DNA of 52,078 bases, filler included, from Bipalium vagum (Eukaryota): the NCBI GenBank assembly GCA_037834085.1. It is 3 parts of 3 records of this genome, joined end to end, with 100 filler letters (N's around TTAATTAATTAA, not from the genome) between each part and the next. Parts side by side here need not be neighbours in the genome. Positions count along the whole stretch, not along the records: positions 1 to 16,129 come from JBBMKC010125622.1; 2 more parts are not named here. One strand, written 5' to 3'. The position numbers and the translations under genes were made by a program. Below, one piece after another: positions 1 to 12,540 of the stretch (within the stretch, counting starts at the first letter, position 1; every line of letters starts with the position of its first letter). The notes below the pieces were generated by a model. The model saw only the letters and a list, made by a program, of their open reading frames with translations, ran no database searches and had not been told where the DNA came from.

Positions 1-44
1 TTATTGAATATATATATTTGGTTAATTAGTTGTTTATTTTTTTG

Positions 45-77
45 AAAAACGGCGGGAACTTAGTTGCCAACCTAATA
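45..77. mobile_element. Mariner-type terminal inverted repeat (element end only)
   Basis: aaaaacggcgggaacttagttgccaacctaa followed by TA resembles a DD34D mariner terminus; no transposase visible in the window. Confidence 0.45.
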
Positions 78-1138
78 ATTATATTTGTTCATATTTCTTA
101 TAAAATAATATAACTTCAGAAAATTCAAACACATTCCTGTTTTATTCAGCAGAAAAATAAACGCTATACTATTGGATAATTCTTTATTAATAAAAATTAT
201 TTTTCTTAAGACAATGGAACTTATGCAAACCCCTAATAATATAATTAAGAACAATATATTAAAACAAATTTATCTTTTGATTTCCCAATTATACAAATTT
301 TTCTTATGTCAATAAGTAAAGTGATAATCTAATGAAAAGCGCTAAATGAGTTTCTGTTATCTTCATTTATTATTATCTGTGGTTTCAGAAAATTCTGGTA
401 AGAATTTTCTATATGACAACGATCAATTGGAAAATTAATTTTTCAACAATCTGTGAGAAATTGTGAATTCAAAGATTTAAATTCGTCATTTAATTTTATC
501 TTTTGCACAACAAAAATGAATTATTTTTCGATCGGATTGTGAAATAAATTGAGAAATGAATCTTATACAACAACCGAGGACTGTGGGTTAGACGTCTGTT
601 CTCAACTAACTGGAAGAGGTTTGTACATACTGACGTTTACTATTTCGATTAATAAATATGTCTCATTGAAAGATATAAAACATCCTTTATTTATTTCTTC
701 TAGCTTATAAATTGAAATTAAATTACCATAATAATTTTATTGAATTTTCAAGAAATAATTAATTGTCCTGAGAGCACGGGCGTAATTAATTATTTTTGAA
801 ATGTCTACTATCTAAATATATAAATATAGAGATATTATCATTTTACTATTATCGGTTATTGGTGATCTTTGGATGGAATAATAAAATTATTTAATCATTG
901 CCTCTTTCATATGATTATAATCTCGGATTTTTTTCTTTTCATATTTGAAAATATATTTTTAATGGTTCTATTTCGTCGCTTTATCAGTTGAAATATCATT
1001 AGAAACTAATTGAGAGTAAAGATATATTCACTAAAATGTCAAACAATTATTTTTTATTTATAAAATTTATATTCTTAAAAAAATTATTTTTATTTTTCAT
1101 GAATGTAATTATTAATAAATACATATATAGATAATTTA

Positions 1139-1410
1139 CTACTATGTTCAAAAAGTACAATGACTGTCAAAATAAAGCAAAATATTTATTTAATCATCCA
1201 TATTTATTTTGTCTCTTTCAAAGTACTGTCCTCTCGCCCCAATATACATGCGTCAAAGTTTAGTCCAGTTCAGAAAGCACTTTTCAAAATCAATTTTCGA
1301 AATGTTCATAGGTTCGTCTTTTAAATTTAGTTTTATTGATTCAAATGAATCAAATCTGGTACCTCGCAGTGGTTTCTTTAATCGATTAGACAGATAGAAG
1401 TTACAAAATA
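1139..1410 (-). mobile_element. Mariner 3' fragment
   Basis: Minus frame LKKPLRGTRFDSFESIK...FEKCFLNWTKL*...GQYFE is a mariner C-terminus. TA + TIR ctactatgttcaaaaagt; same family as 51250-51799. Confidence 0.75.
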
Positions 1411-1417
1411 ATATATA

Positions 1418-1612
1418 CAGTCGGTGCTCAGTTATTTGAACTCGTGGGGATTTCAAAAAAGTTCAAATAACTCAATTACAAATAAAATTTATTTTAAAAA
1501 AAATCCATGATCTTCCAGCTTTGTTTGAATAGACATGTCTTCATTTTCAAAACATTATTCAAATAACTGAAAGTTCAAATAACTAAGCGTTCAAATAACT
1601 GAGCGCCGACTG
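1418..1612. mobile_element. 195-bp MITE with pogo/Tigger-like CAGT termini
   Basis: 24-bp TIRs CAGTCGGTGCTCAGTTATTTGAAC / GTTCAAATAACTGAGCGCCGACTG (1 mismatch), TA on both sides, internal copies of TTCAAATAACT. Confidence 0.9.
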
Positions 1613-1659
1613 TATATACATATATATACATAAATTATTTTAACTTACAAGACTCAATG

Positions 1660-2172
1660 TGAAGTATATATAGTGGATCAAAAAGTAAGATGCTACCCTG
1701 TGAAAAGGACAACAAAACGATCACTGCTTGGTGTCTTTCATAACATGATCTATATCAGCGGATGAATACTGATATTATTTTGAACCAATTATGTAAAGAG
1801 AAAACATAACAACTTAATCGGAGTAAACTTTTAATCAACTTGACCATGTAGGGGATTCTATATATATATATATATATATCAAATTAAAGAAGAACATGAT
1901 AAATTTGACATAGGAACACCTAAAGAAGAAGTTTTATATTCCCGCATTATTTGGATCGAAAAAAAAATAGTGTGCAAAATTTGCAACCAAAATATTTGTC
2001 CTGAGCATCATGTAAAATCTGTGCACAATGTCTAAAAAAATAAATACTGTTTTGCTTTATTATTATTATTATTATTATCACTAAACTTAAAATTTTAATT
2101 TTTCATTTTAGGAACCTGAGAGGTCCCGCCAGTATTTATTGTACATAAAAATTTTGGTAAGGTTAGGATTAA
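1660..2172 (+). mobile_element. piggyBac transposase 3' relic
   Basis: YPVKRTTKRSLLGVFHNMIYISG resembles the piggyBac YS..RRTxRWP..FYxMxDI motif. Frameshifted Cys-rich tail VCKICNQNICPEHH...CAQC; ends ...gttagga-TTAA. Confidence 0.7.
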
Positions 2173-2869
2173 TGATGTAAATTATTTTTAATAGAAACTT
2201 TTCTTTAACTTTCTCAATATCTCTGTTGGAGATATCCTTGTACACCTTATGATCTTGATTAGTATTTTTTATTTCAATATTTCCGGTTACAAAAAAATTA
2301 ACAGATTAGTTTTATTTTAACATAATTCATAAAATTTTAATAAAACTAACGCGTTTTTGTTTATTAAAAATAATTTAAAGGTTTCTTAAGAAACAAACTT
2401 TTTCATCTAATTAAATTTCTGATTGACAAATGTGGAATAAAATCTGGAACTGGTGTACTTAAAAAATAAATAAACAAATTTTTTTCTTAATCTTGTTTAA
2501 TATCAACGAAGACATATGCATATCCATCCATTCATGCAAAAATCTTACAAGCACTCTCTTACAATGTCTCTCTCTCCTTAAAGAATGTTTTATATTATTT
2601 TGATCATTAATTTGGAAAATTAAAATAGTGGTTAATGTATTATTTTTAACTACGCTCAACTTATTATAATAAAAATCAATTGTAAAGGTTTTCTTTCTAT
2701 GGTATCAAATAATTAATAATATTATACGTATGGTAATTAGCTCTAATCGTGTATTTTTCATTGTAAATAAAACTAAAAAGTACTCGTAATATTGTAATAT
2801 ATATGTAAGATATCAATAGTTAGTACTTGTTTTAACTGATAAAATATCCTATTTATTTTTAGAAAATAT

Positions 2870-3907
2870 AAAATCATAGACTAGAAAAAACCATTTGCAG
2901 GAATCATTATGATTTGGCTAAAAATTAAAGAAATCAGCAGTCAAAGCTTAGTGATTAATGACAAAATTTACGGTGAATATATCCTGTCTGAACTAACATG
3001 GCGAGAATGGTATCGACGATTTGAAACAGATGACTTTGGAGTCGAAGACAAAGAAACTTCAGGACAACCAAAAACGTTCGAAGATGATGATTTACGATGA
3101 AATATCAAAGAAGACCCATGCTAAACTGAATTAAATATTGACAGATCAACTGCTAGTTAACAGATGTATGCAGTTGGAATGATCCAAAAGTATGGAAAAT
3201 GGGTACCATATTATTTGACCGAAAGGTAGCTTGAAAATCGCAAAACTATTTGCAAAATTTTACTTACAAGGCATTCATTTTTGCATTAAAATATAACTGG
3301 TATTGGAAAATGGGTGTGGTAAAGAATCTCATGCGCAGAAAATCATGGACAATTCCTGGAGAATCATTGACAGTACAAAGATGGACAAACAGAAGTTAAG
3401 CGACACTATGTGTCTGATGGGACAAAATCGGAGTATTGTAACATGAGCTTCTAAAACCATCCGAAAATATAACTGGTGATCGATAACAGTCGATTTAAGT
3501 ACCAAAAGACCATAATATGACCTAAGATATGATCAAATCATTTTGCAACACGATAATACCAGATCATATCTTCCAAAACCAGTTAAAGAAACATAAAACA
3601 GACTTGGCTACCTCAACTCCGTAATAACAAGATACAGCGCCATACCAATTCCACTTGTTTTGATCCATGCAGTATTCTCTTGCTTGACAGGCCTTCAATT
3701 CCTATGAAGATGTCAATAAATGGATGGAACAATAGACTGCGTTAAAGGATCAAGATTTCTTTTATCGCGGAATCCATTTTTTGCCGGAAAGGTGGTTAAA
3801 CGTTGTAGCTGCCAAAGGAGAATATTTTGATTGAGATAAATGTTTTGTTACTTTAAAATAAACGGCTTTATTTTCAAAAAACGATGGGAATTAATTCCCA
3901 TACCTGT
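2870..3907 (+). mobile_element. Degenerate Mos1-like DD34D mariner
   Basis: REWYRRFETDDFGVEDKETSGQPKTFEDDDL, GKWVPYYL, ILQHDNTRS and LPERWLNVVAAKGEYFD across stops and frameshifts; TIR-like gggaattaattcccatacctg at the right end. Confidence 0.85.
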
Positions 3908-4449
3908 CATTAAAATTTCCATAGTATAATGTCATTCTTAAAAGAATTAAATAGACCAAAAATAAAATTTTCTAAAAATTACTAATTAATCTATATTTAT
4001 AATTAGTCAATTCCTAAGTTGAAAAAAAGTTTCTCCTATCTAAAATATTTCATTTTCCTATAAATATACTTATCTGTATTTTATATTAATCAAAATGTTT
4101 TTCAAGGTCTGCTTCTGGTTATTAAAGATTTTTAGTTCTAGATTGTTTTATTAATAGCATTTCGTGTATATTTTTGGACCCTGTATTCCAAATGCGACAT
4201 CGTACCACACTTCAAAGTTCGAAGTTTTTGTAAGTGTACCTGTGTTCTATTTGGATTATGGAAACAAAAATTGAGTTTCCAAAAACTCTGGTTCTTTTTC
4301 AGAATCTGTAAGTTGCACTGTCATCTTCAATAATATCATCAAGCATAACAAAATAATCTTATATCTATTATAGATGATGCAATCTACTTTAAGTTATTTT
4401 ACAATAATGTTTTAACTTTTCTAAAATTTATAAGGATTTTAGATTTTTT

Positions 4450-4976
4450 TGCGTGCTCTCAGGCAAACCTCATTTTTTAACAAAAAGGTAAGGCATTCCT
4501 TCGCAATATCATCACGCAAAATGAAACCCCTCTCAGTCTGCATCTACCAGAATCTAAACGGGAAACAAGTGAAAGAAAATTTTCTGGAGAATCAAGTTGC
4601 AAAAAGATGAGACCTGGTAACTCCCACAGAAAATGTCTGATGCTACGCATTTTCGTTGTGTTATCATTGTTAATTTTGATGGGAAAAAACCAGGGTCAAT
4701 TTCACATACTACTCTGCTCGACGAAAAGAACGGAAAATTCCAATATGATTTCTCCAGGACAATGGACCAATCCATAAAAGTGCAGCTACCATGAGAGTTC
4801 TGTAGGAAAGTTGATTTGAACTATTGGACCATCCTCCCTACAGTCCAAACCTTGCCCCCAGTGATTTTTCTTCAGGCTTTTATGCTGAAAAATGATGTCT
4901 ATACATGTTTTAAAGTTGATTGTTTCCATTAAATTTCCTTTTTATTTGTTCCACGGACTTATTGGGCGCACCACGT
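4450..4976 (+). mobile_element. Mariner 3' relic (irritans-like)
   Basis: FLQDNGPIHKSAATMRVL*ES*FELLDHPPYSPNLAPSDF; terminus ggacttattgggcgcaccacg-TA. Confidence 0.8.
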
Positions 4977-5791
4977 ACGTATCGATATAAAATTTTAAAA
5001 TTAATTTTTCAATATTTATATTTTTTAGCAACATGCTTTTTTTCATGTTTTGAACATGTATCATAATAATAAATGTTTACACTGATTTCGTCGTCAATTG
5101 GCAACAAGCGTCTACTTGAAAAACAAATCGATTATGTTCATAAAGTTAAAAGTAATTTTTTAATTTATAAAATTATTAAAAATTAAATTAAAAATATTTA
5201 ATTTTTAGAAAATACAATTTTTATATGATTCTTAAAAAAAAATAGGATTATCATTAAAAAAATATTTTTGATATTCACTTATTAATGTGTAAGTATAAAA
5301 AATAATCAAAAAATCAATAATAAGAAATTAAAATTCCTAATTTATGGAAGCGTCCTTTGAGTATATACATTTTATTGTAAATAAGAACACTTAATCCCAT
5401 TGTTAAATATTATGCATTGTGGTTCAGACTAATGTATAATATAAATACAGACTATAAATATAATAATAATATAAATATAAATAATAAAATAAATATAAAT
5501 ATTATACATTTACTATCTTAATTTTTGTTTAATCTATTTTTTCTAAATCCATTATATTTTAAACTTTTAAACAAACATTTGAACAGATAATGGAAATGAA
5601 AAATGACTTAAAATTAAATCTATAATTTTCCCACAAATAAACAGAGCTTGAAAGAATAAATAATTAGAACAAATAATTGTGAAACGTTATCTAAAATAAA
5701 ATGTTTAACAATAACAAAAAATAATTCAATATTTATTATCTTAATTTTCTTATTTATTCTTAAAAGATTAAAAATATCTTAAATTAGTAGT

Positions 5792-5929
5792 NNNNNNNNN
5801 NNNNNNNNNNNNNNNNNNNNNNNNNNNNNNNNNNNNNNNNNNNNNNNNNNNNNNNNNNNNNNNNNNNNNNNNNNNNNNNNNNNNNNNNNNNNNNNNNNNN
5901 NNNNNNNNNNNNNNNNNNNNNNNNNNNNN
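5792..5929. other. Assembly gap (138 N)
   Basis: Run of N. Confidence 1.
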
Positions 5930-6891
5930 ATTAATATTTCTTTCTGTAGTATAAAAAGTTTAGTATTTATATTCTGAAGAAATAAGAAAATATAGAAAGA
6001 ATATTCTGCCAATATATTATATATACACATAAGTATTATATTATAAATATGATGACAGTTGAAAAATGATGTGTTTTTAAAATAAAAATTTTCATAAAAT
6101 ATTAAATTTCTTCAATAAATAAATTCTCGCATTAATACATCACGAAATGTTACTGATATTAATTATTTATACAATATTAATTTTAATTTTATCTTACAAG
6201 CCATAGAGTTGATTAATGAACAAATGAAAATTATCTATATATTTTTATTTGGAAATTTATTTCTAAATAATTACTTTATGCACCATATAAACAAATAACT
6301 TAGTTATAATCAATATTATTTCTTCGCAATTAAAACATTGTTACGAAACGAACATACATTTATCGTTCCACTTCAGAAATTAATTGGAAACGTTTATTTA
6401 TAACTGGATACGTTTTAATTAAAACAATAATAAAAAAATATCTTCATATATATACGTTTATTATGAAACTGTTTAATAAAATATTGCGCAATATTTATAT
6501 AATATTTTTATTATATTATAATAAAATTTTTATTTTGTCTATGGATCCAAATGGTTAAATGAAAAATATATTCTTGGTAAAATTTTTAATCTGTTATCGA
6601 TCTCAGCTATCTATGTGAATGTATTTAGAATTAAATTGTCCTATCCTATACGGCTGAAATTATCTTTAATGATTTCTAATAAACATCAACGCTTTCTAGG
6701 AACACTGAAACTAGAAATGAGAATAAGTAAAAAAAGAAGAATTTAATAAATATTAATTTAAATTTAATAATATTTACTCCATTCCATAAAAAATCCCGAT
6801 TTTCTATTTCATAAAATAGTTAATCATTGATATTTGTTTATCTGTATTAAATTGATTTTAGAATTGATGGGTTCTTTCAAATGATCAAAAA

Positions 6892-7753
6892 ATGTTATTT
6901 CTTATCCATTATGAGAGGATCTTAATGAAAATGGGAAAGGTCCAGCCCGAATATGATACAGTTGAGCATTTATGCGAGACATTTCATGTCAATAAGGATT
7001 ATGGCTGCGATTTAAGTAAAACATTTTTTGAAAGAGGTACACCGGAGCGAAAGAGTGGATTTGGAAGAAGGAATTCGGAAGATTGTGTTGAGAAACGACA
7101 ACGAGTTGTCGAAGCCATTTGCAAGCGGTGATCCAGTAGTATTGCTTGTCTGTCTGAAGAGATGAATATTCCTTCAACGAGTGTTTTCAGAATTATCAAG
7201 GCAGAAGGAATGAAACTTGTCCCTCGAAGAACCTTTCTTCTTTTAAATGATAATCAGAAAATAAAGAGACTAAAATGGTGTAGAAAAAATCGCTGCAATA
7301 AACGGAATGCCTTTTTCGACATAGATGAAAAGTCTTTCGAATTGTATCAATTCTGTCGACAACGATATCATGAAAACAGTCCGAAGAAAAAGCACCCATT
7401 ACTTAGTAAATGTGATCCATAAAGAATTAGGATACTGTCAGCTATTGCTAAACCTGGCATCGCAAATGGCTTTAATGGGTTGATAGATATCTGGAGAATA
7501 GAAAAGGATGTGGAGGGTTAGCGTTCTTCCAAAAATCATAACAAGGTGATAAATAAAAAGTTGATTGCACAATGACAGCCGATTAGTTTTACATTTCATG
7601 ACTACTGAAATTATGTCAGGAATTTCTGAAAAAATACAGGGGTGTCCGAATGTTGCAATCCAAATGGATAATGCCCGCCCTCATGTGGGAAAGAAAAAAA
7701 ATGGAGAAAAAAATATCCAATTGAATAATCCAAATCCAATTGATTTTGATTAA
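6892..7753 (+). mobile_element. Pseudogenised DD39D-type (plant/oomycete-like) mariner transposase, 3'-truncated
   Basis: One frame with in-frame stops: ERKSGFGR, LNDNQKIKRLKWC, DIDEKSF, RILSAIAKP, FNGLIDIW, RSSKNH; after a frameshift IQMDNARPH. The third catalytic Asp region is absent. Confidence 0.7.
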
Positions 7754-7911
7754 TAAATGATTTTTCACAAATTAAAATTAAGTAAGTCTTTATTAAAGAA
7801 CAAAGAAATGTTTCATTATAATTGATTATGACAATCTCAATTTCAAAGTTATTATTACACATTTTTCACATTCACTAATATATCTATTATATCAACAATC
7901 AAAAGACATTA

Positions 7912-9066
7912 TTAAGGTTTCAATGTCAACCGAGACATGTTTGACTGCTGAGAAAAGTGATTACATCTTTGAGCGCTTTGGGTGTGAAAGAAAAAGCCAT
8001 AGAGCTGGTTCCGGAACTGTCGACAGGTACAGACATATATATAAAAGTTTGCACCATAATGCGTTATTGACAACAGGTCTATCTGAGTTTGAATGTTAAC
8101 TATTCGAAAGTATGCTTGCCAGTTTGGATCTTGTAAGATGTATTCATCAGACAAACACGGATCGACTTGGGAATCATTGAATTTAATCATCTGAAAAATG
8201 GAGGCTGGTAAAGACGTAAATATCAAATAAAATGAGACTGAAAGCAGGGAAATGGTGGCAGAAATCTGTCTTTCCTCACTTCTTTTCGAATGGTTTCGCG
8301 TGAGAACTCGTCGACATCTTTGGACTTGATTCAGCTTTGCAATCACTATGATATTCAGAAACAGAATTGCAAAGGGTACAAAAATGAAAAATAGACTTTC
8401 ACTCAGCACATTGAAAATATATAAAAATTGATATCTCCAACTTTGATAAACGATTTCTTTGTGTATCGTACCGGAAACATTTTTATTATGAAGGTTATTT
8501 AACCATGTTTCCATATCTTCACAATCCGAAGTTGAATTATTCTCAATATAATGATAGAAGTAAGTATGGGGCAATGAAATAATTACAGAGATAAATAGAA
8601 TAGCGAAAACAACATGTTTAGTTCTTTCAATTGTACAGATTTTTCTTCGGTATAACGGATAACAAACGGAAATGAAGCGTTCAACTGTAAATCCCAGGAT
8701 AAGCAGTGGTGGTAAGTACTGCAATATCATGCTGACATAAGGGAAAAATTGACACATAACTCGATTCTTAATGGTTTTGATATTATATGTAGACTGCAAA
8801 TACCAAACCATATGTCTGACAAAGAACAAACAGTCCGTGACTGCTAAAACTGCTAAATAGAGAGATGAGACCATTTGGTGCATGGAATACCTTGACCAAA
8901 TGTATACGCAAATCAAATTACCCGGAAATCCTAAAATGAACCACAACGGAACGAAAATCTCCTCCACTCTGCGCTTGATGGTAAAGTGATTATAAAATTC
9001 CATATAACCGTTATGTCGAATGATGGCATTTTTGTTTCCATTGTAACATGTCATGGAATCATTCAT
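7912..9066 (-). CDS. Intronless rhodopsin-class neuropeptide-type GPCR (FMRFamide/myosuppressin/sex-peptide receptor-like), 384 aa
   Basis: Seven hydrophobic segments with GFPGN (TM1), LYLAVLAVTD (TM2), TM3 Cys plus FTVERFISVCYP (ERF for DRY), ISLP (TM4), FVPF (TM5), SLPA (TM6), NFYIY..CRQFR (TM7/helix 8). Confidence 0.93.
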   Translation of the reverse strand: MNDSMTCYNGNKNAIIRHNGYMEFYNHFTIKRRVEEIFVPLWFILGFPGNLICVYIWSRYSMHQMVSSLYLAVLAVTDCLFFVRHMVWYLQSTYNIKTIKNRVMCQFFPYVSMILQYLPPLLILGFTVERFISVCYPLYRRKICTIERTKHVVFAILFISVIISLPHTYFYHYIENNSTSDCEDMETWLNNLHNKNVSGTIHKEIVYQSWRYQFLYIFNVLSESLFFIFVPFAILFLNIIVIAKLNQVQRCRRVLTRNHSKRSEERQISATISLLSVSFYLIFTSLPASIFQMIKFNDSQVDPCLSDEYILQDPNWQAYFRIVNIQTQIDLLSITHYGANFYIYVCTCRQFRNQLYGFFFHTQSAQRCNHFSQQSNMSRLTLKP

Positions 9067-9499
9067 TTCTTTTCGCTAAATTTAAGCCTATCTAAAACTG
9101 AAAATTGAGCACACATTTATCGATAATATTTTTATTTGTATAAAATCTATTAAACTTTCCGTTTTGGTCTATTCCCGAAAATAAAACAATGCTTTAATTA
9201 ACTCTCCGGTCTTAATTGAAGACTGACGACGAAATTACGTTATTTTTATTATTATAAAATTAATATTAAATAACAGATTTTTAAAATTAGGTTTTTTTAT
9301 TATCATATTTGGAGGGTGCATTAACTCTGGTCTGAAATGAAAATAAGCAGTTACGTTAATTATGTTTGTAAAAGTCCAAATAACAATTTATTTTAAATAT
9401 CTGAAGGTCTAATGTACGTCTATATATAGATGTAATAGGTTTAAAAATACTAATTGATTAAATAAACACTCTTATAAGGTGCACTAAATGGATAGTTCA

Positions 9500-10450
9500 A
9501 AATTATTACATTTCAGACATGTACTAATGTTTTTATTTGATATTCAGAAGTCAGTAGTGGAGGAGCATATACTGCTTGAGGAAACATATTCTGATGAGGC
9601 CCCATCGTTGTCAAACTGCAAATTCTTATTTACCAGATTTTAATTAGACAGCTTTGATTTGGATGATAAAGAATAGATCAGCGAAAAAGTTTAAAGATAG
9701 TGAATTGCAAAATTTGTTGAATGACAAACCCACTCAAATAGAGAAACAGTTGAATATGATATTAAACAAACGCAGCTTAACAATTTCTATACGACTACAA
9801 GCACTGAGAAAAATTCAAGAGGAGGCGAAATTAGTCTCTTATAATTTGAATGAAAGTCCTATCTATAATAACATATGCCTTTCAAAACCGGCAATTTTAC
9901 GCTTCCAAGAGATCTTGCCTTACTTAAAGTTTCTTTGAAACAATTGATTGCACTTCCAACTGTTCTGCTTCTAATTTTCAATTTCTTTTCAGTTGACCCT
10001 TATGATTCAGGGATTTTCTAAATATTTTCTAAATATTTAGAATTATTATTTTTCTTTTTGCATTTGCGCTGGAAATACTGAATAATATAACAAATGATAT
10101 TAGTTTTTAAAATTATGAATTAAAAACATAATTATTCATATATGATAACTTTTTAAAAAAAACCATTCCCATTGCAATAATTTCATCGTTTAGGAGCTTT
10201 AGTTTAAGTGTAACCACACACTATACTTGTCAGACAGAGAATACAGTTTTCCTGTTGTGAATTGTTACAGCCTATAAAACATGGATTTATTTCTGTAACC
10301 CTAAACGAAAGAAATCAGGGCTTGACCCAGAACATGTATCAAGAACCGCATTGGAGCAATAATTATGATAAGAAAGTTATGGTTTGTATTTGGTAGGATA
10401 TGAAAATGTCATGTACCATGAACTTTTGAAATCGAAAGAAGGTCATCAAT
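9500..10450 (+). mobile_element. Degenerate mariner interrupted by an inverted Tc1 N-terminal fragment (~9885-10030)
   Basis: HFRHVLMFLF, KFKDSELQNLL, TISIRLQAL; resumes IVTAYKTWIYFCNPKRKKS at ~10260. The insert reads KKLKIRSRTVGSAINCFKET on the minus strand (Tc1 HTH). Confidence 0.7.
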
Positions 10451-11504
10451 ATCAAAATAGCTCTCAATTGGTTAACTAATGAAAAATGTATACGCAGCTC
10501 ATAAAGATTAATTTGACACACAATGTTAACAATGAAATAATGATTTTCTCAATAATTTTCCTTATCTAAAATTAATTTTAAATGATTACGGTTAAATGGT
10601 ATTTAACTATTATTTTCACAAAAATGTATAAAATCAATTTTTAATAGACTTAAAAAACCAGTGAAGTGATAATATGGCAATATGTCAGTCACAGAATAAA
10701 GGTTTCAATTTATTAATAATTTTATAAATATCGTCATATTAATAAGAAGATTTTCCATTTCGTTTAAAATATATTTAGATCATTGTATAGTTTTTTTGAG
10801 GTCCACCAAGGGCACTAACGATTGATGGTCACTGAGGGTCCGACATTAAAGACCACCGAAAGAGTCAGATAATTAATGATAATTAATAATAACAAAGAAA
10901 TACTTATTGAAATAACATATTTCCCAATTAATAAAGATAAAAGAAAGTTTTTTCTGTTTTATCTTTTCCTAATTCGTGGACTAATTAATTTGTTTTTCTT
11001 TTTAAGTTTTCCCCTCGAGATAATTTTGACGTCTTGAAGGGAGATGATAAATTATCATTGGAACCTTTTCTCACTATTAAGCAGTGGACGACGAATTATT
11101 CGACCCACGGCAAAATCTGAAATTCAAGTGGAATAGCGACTGAGTCGAGTTTCCCAACAATATAAAACATATTTTTGAATAAAATGCATCAGAAAACTAT
11201 TACTTGATTATTTTTTCGGAAGATAGAAGACATTTTAGGCCAATAGAATTAAAGATATTTGTCAGAAAGTAAAGATGGTTAGAAGAAGATTTCCGGCCTA
11301 AATTCGAAGAAATTTTAGAATAATATTTTTCAAGATATTATCAATTATCATTTATACATTGAATGATAGATTGTAAACGGGTTCCCTGGCGTTTTTTGTC
11401 TTTTTGCGAACCAAATGAGTCTGACTCACAACATAAGGATCCCATACTCTCTCTTTGCTAAGAGTTTTATTTTTCTTGTCATTAGTCTCTTTACTTTTTT
11501 TTTC

Positions 11505-11507
<3 letters not shown>

Positions 11508-11535
<28 letters not shown>

Positions 11536-11565
11536 ATTTTTTATTATTGTTATTATTATTATTTT
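11508..11565. repeat. (TTA)n microsatellite
   Basis: Interrupted ttattatta run. Confidence 0.9.
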
Positions 11566-11849
11566 ATTCAATTTTTGAATAGGAAAGTAACTTATGGACC
11601 ACCCTGTATCAAGTATTATTCTCTATTTATTAATATTAATAATTTCTGATATTAATAATATATAAATATAGCAGATTAAAAGAAAAACAATTATTTTACT
11701 AATATCATTTCAAGAAGGGATCTGATACTGTTCTTATTCCTAAAAATCTGTAAAATAAATACTTGAATATTTAGATAATAAAAAGGTATTGGTGTTGATA
11801 GAAGGAAAAGTAATTTGATATATCACCTATTTATTGGTAAGAATAAATA

Positions 11850-12540
11850 TTTGAACTGTATTTTGTTCGGAAGGAGTCGTTGATTTAGTCATCAGGTAAC
11901 GTGCGTTTATATACCTAAATGGATTTATAATGTTTATGTCAAGACATTATATGTTTCGTATGCGGTGGTAAAATTAATGTCTGTCGAATCTTGGTTAGAA
12001 TAAATTTTCATTAAAAAGGACCTCCTGTGAATTTCGAAATGGTAGCACAAATCATTTGTACTTTATCTTTATCCTTTGTTTCGTAACTCCTATCTGTAAA
12101 CATAAATTGAAGAATTATTATTGTGAGATAGATTTATCATGGAATGTAGCTCAGCTGTCAGAGCAGTCCATCCCGTTATCTCCGATTAATTTTCAACTAA
12201 CAATTATTAAAAAGTTTGCAACCCGTAATTGGAATTCGAAAGAAAATTATAGTTGGCAAATAATTCAACTCAATTACCAAATTGCCAAAATTTCATACAG
12301 AGAAACAATGGAAAACACCACAGAGCTCAGATTTGAATCCAACTGAAAATCATTGATCCCGATGAAAGTATCATGTAAAAGACACTAGAATCATTTGTCG
12401 AATTGTGGGGTGTTTCCACAGACTATTAATCCTGAAATTGTACATAATTGTTCAATTATTTTACACTGTTAATCCCATTTTTTGTTAAAAATATATGTAT
12501 TTTTTAAAGTGTTCAAGTCTTTTTTTACCCATAGTGTATA
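11850..12540 (+). mobile_element. Highly degenerate Tc1-like relic
   Basis: WKTPQSSDLNPTENH* at ~12308-12355 (WPxxSPDLNPIEN motif); terminus ...ttttacccatagtg-TA. Confidence 0.6.

Noticed and set aside
346-400. ATG..MSFCYLHLLLSVVSENS G|gtaag signal-peptide-like exon, or a 9-nt microexon at 389-397
   Set aside because: No in-frame downstream exon could be identified; such motifs are common in AT-rich DNA.
5779-6030. ORF spanning the N gap
   Set aside because: Open only because the Ns hide stop codons.
10784-11450. Possible solo LTR or hammerhead-like ctgagg..gaaa segment
   Set aside because: The CUGANGA core is imperfect and the stems do not close; no matching CA end or TSD found.
12140-12185. 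tRNA-like 5' half (TAGCTCAGCTGTCAGAGC, perfect D-stem)
   Set aside because: No anticodon stem, T-arm/B-box or acceptor 3' strand; lies inside a Tc1 relic.
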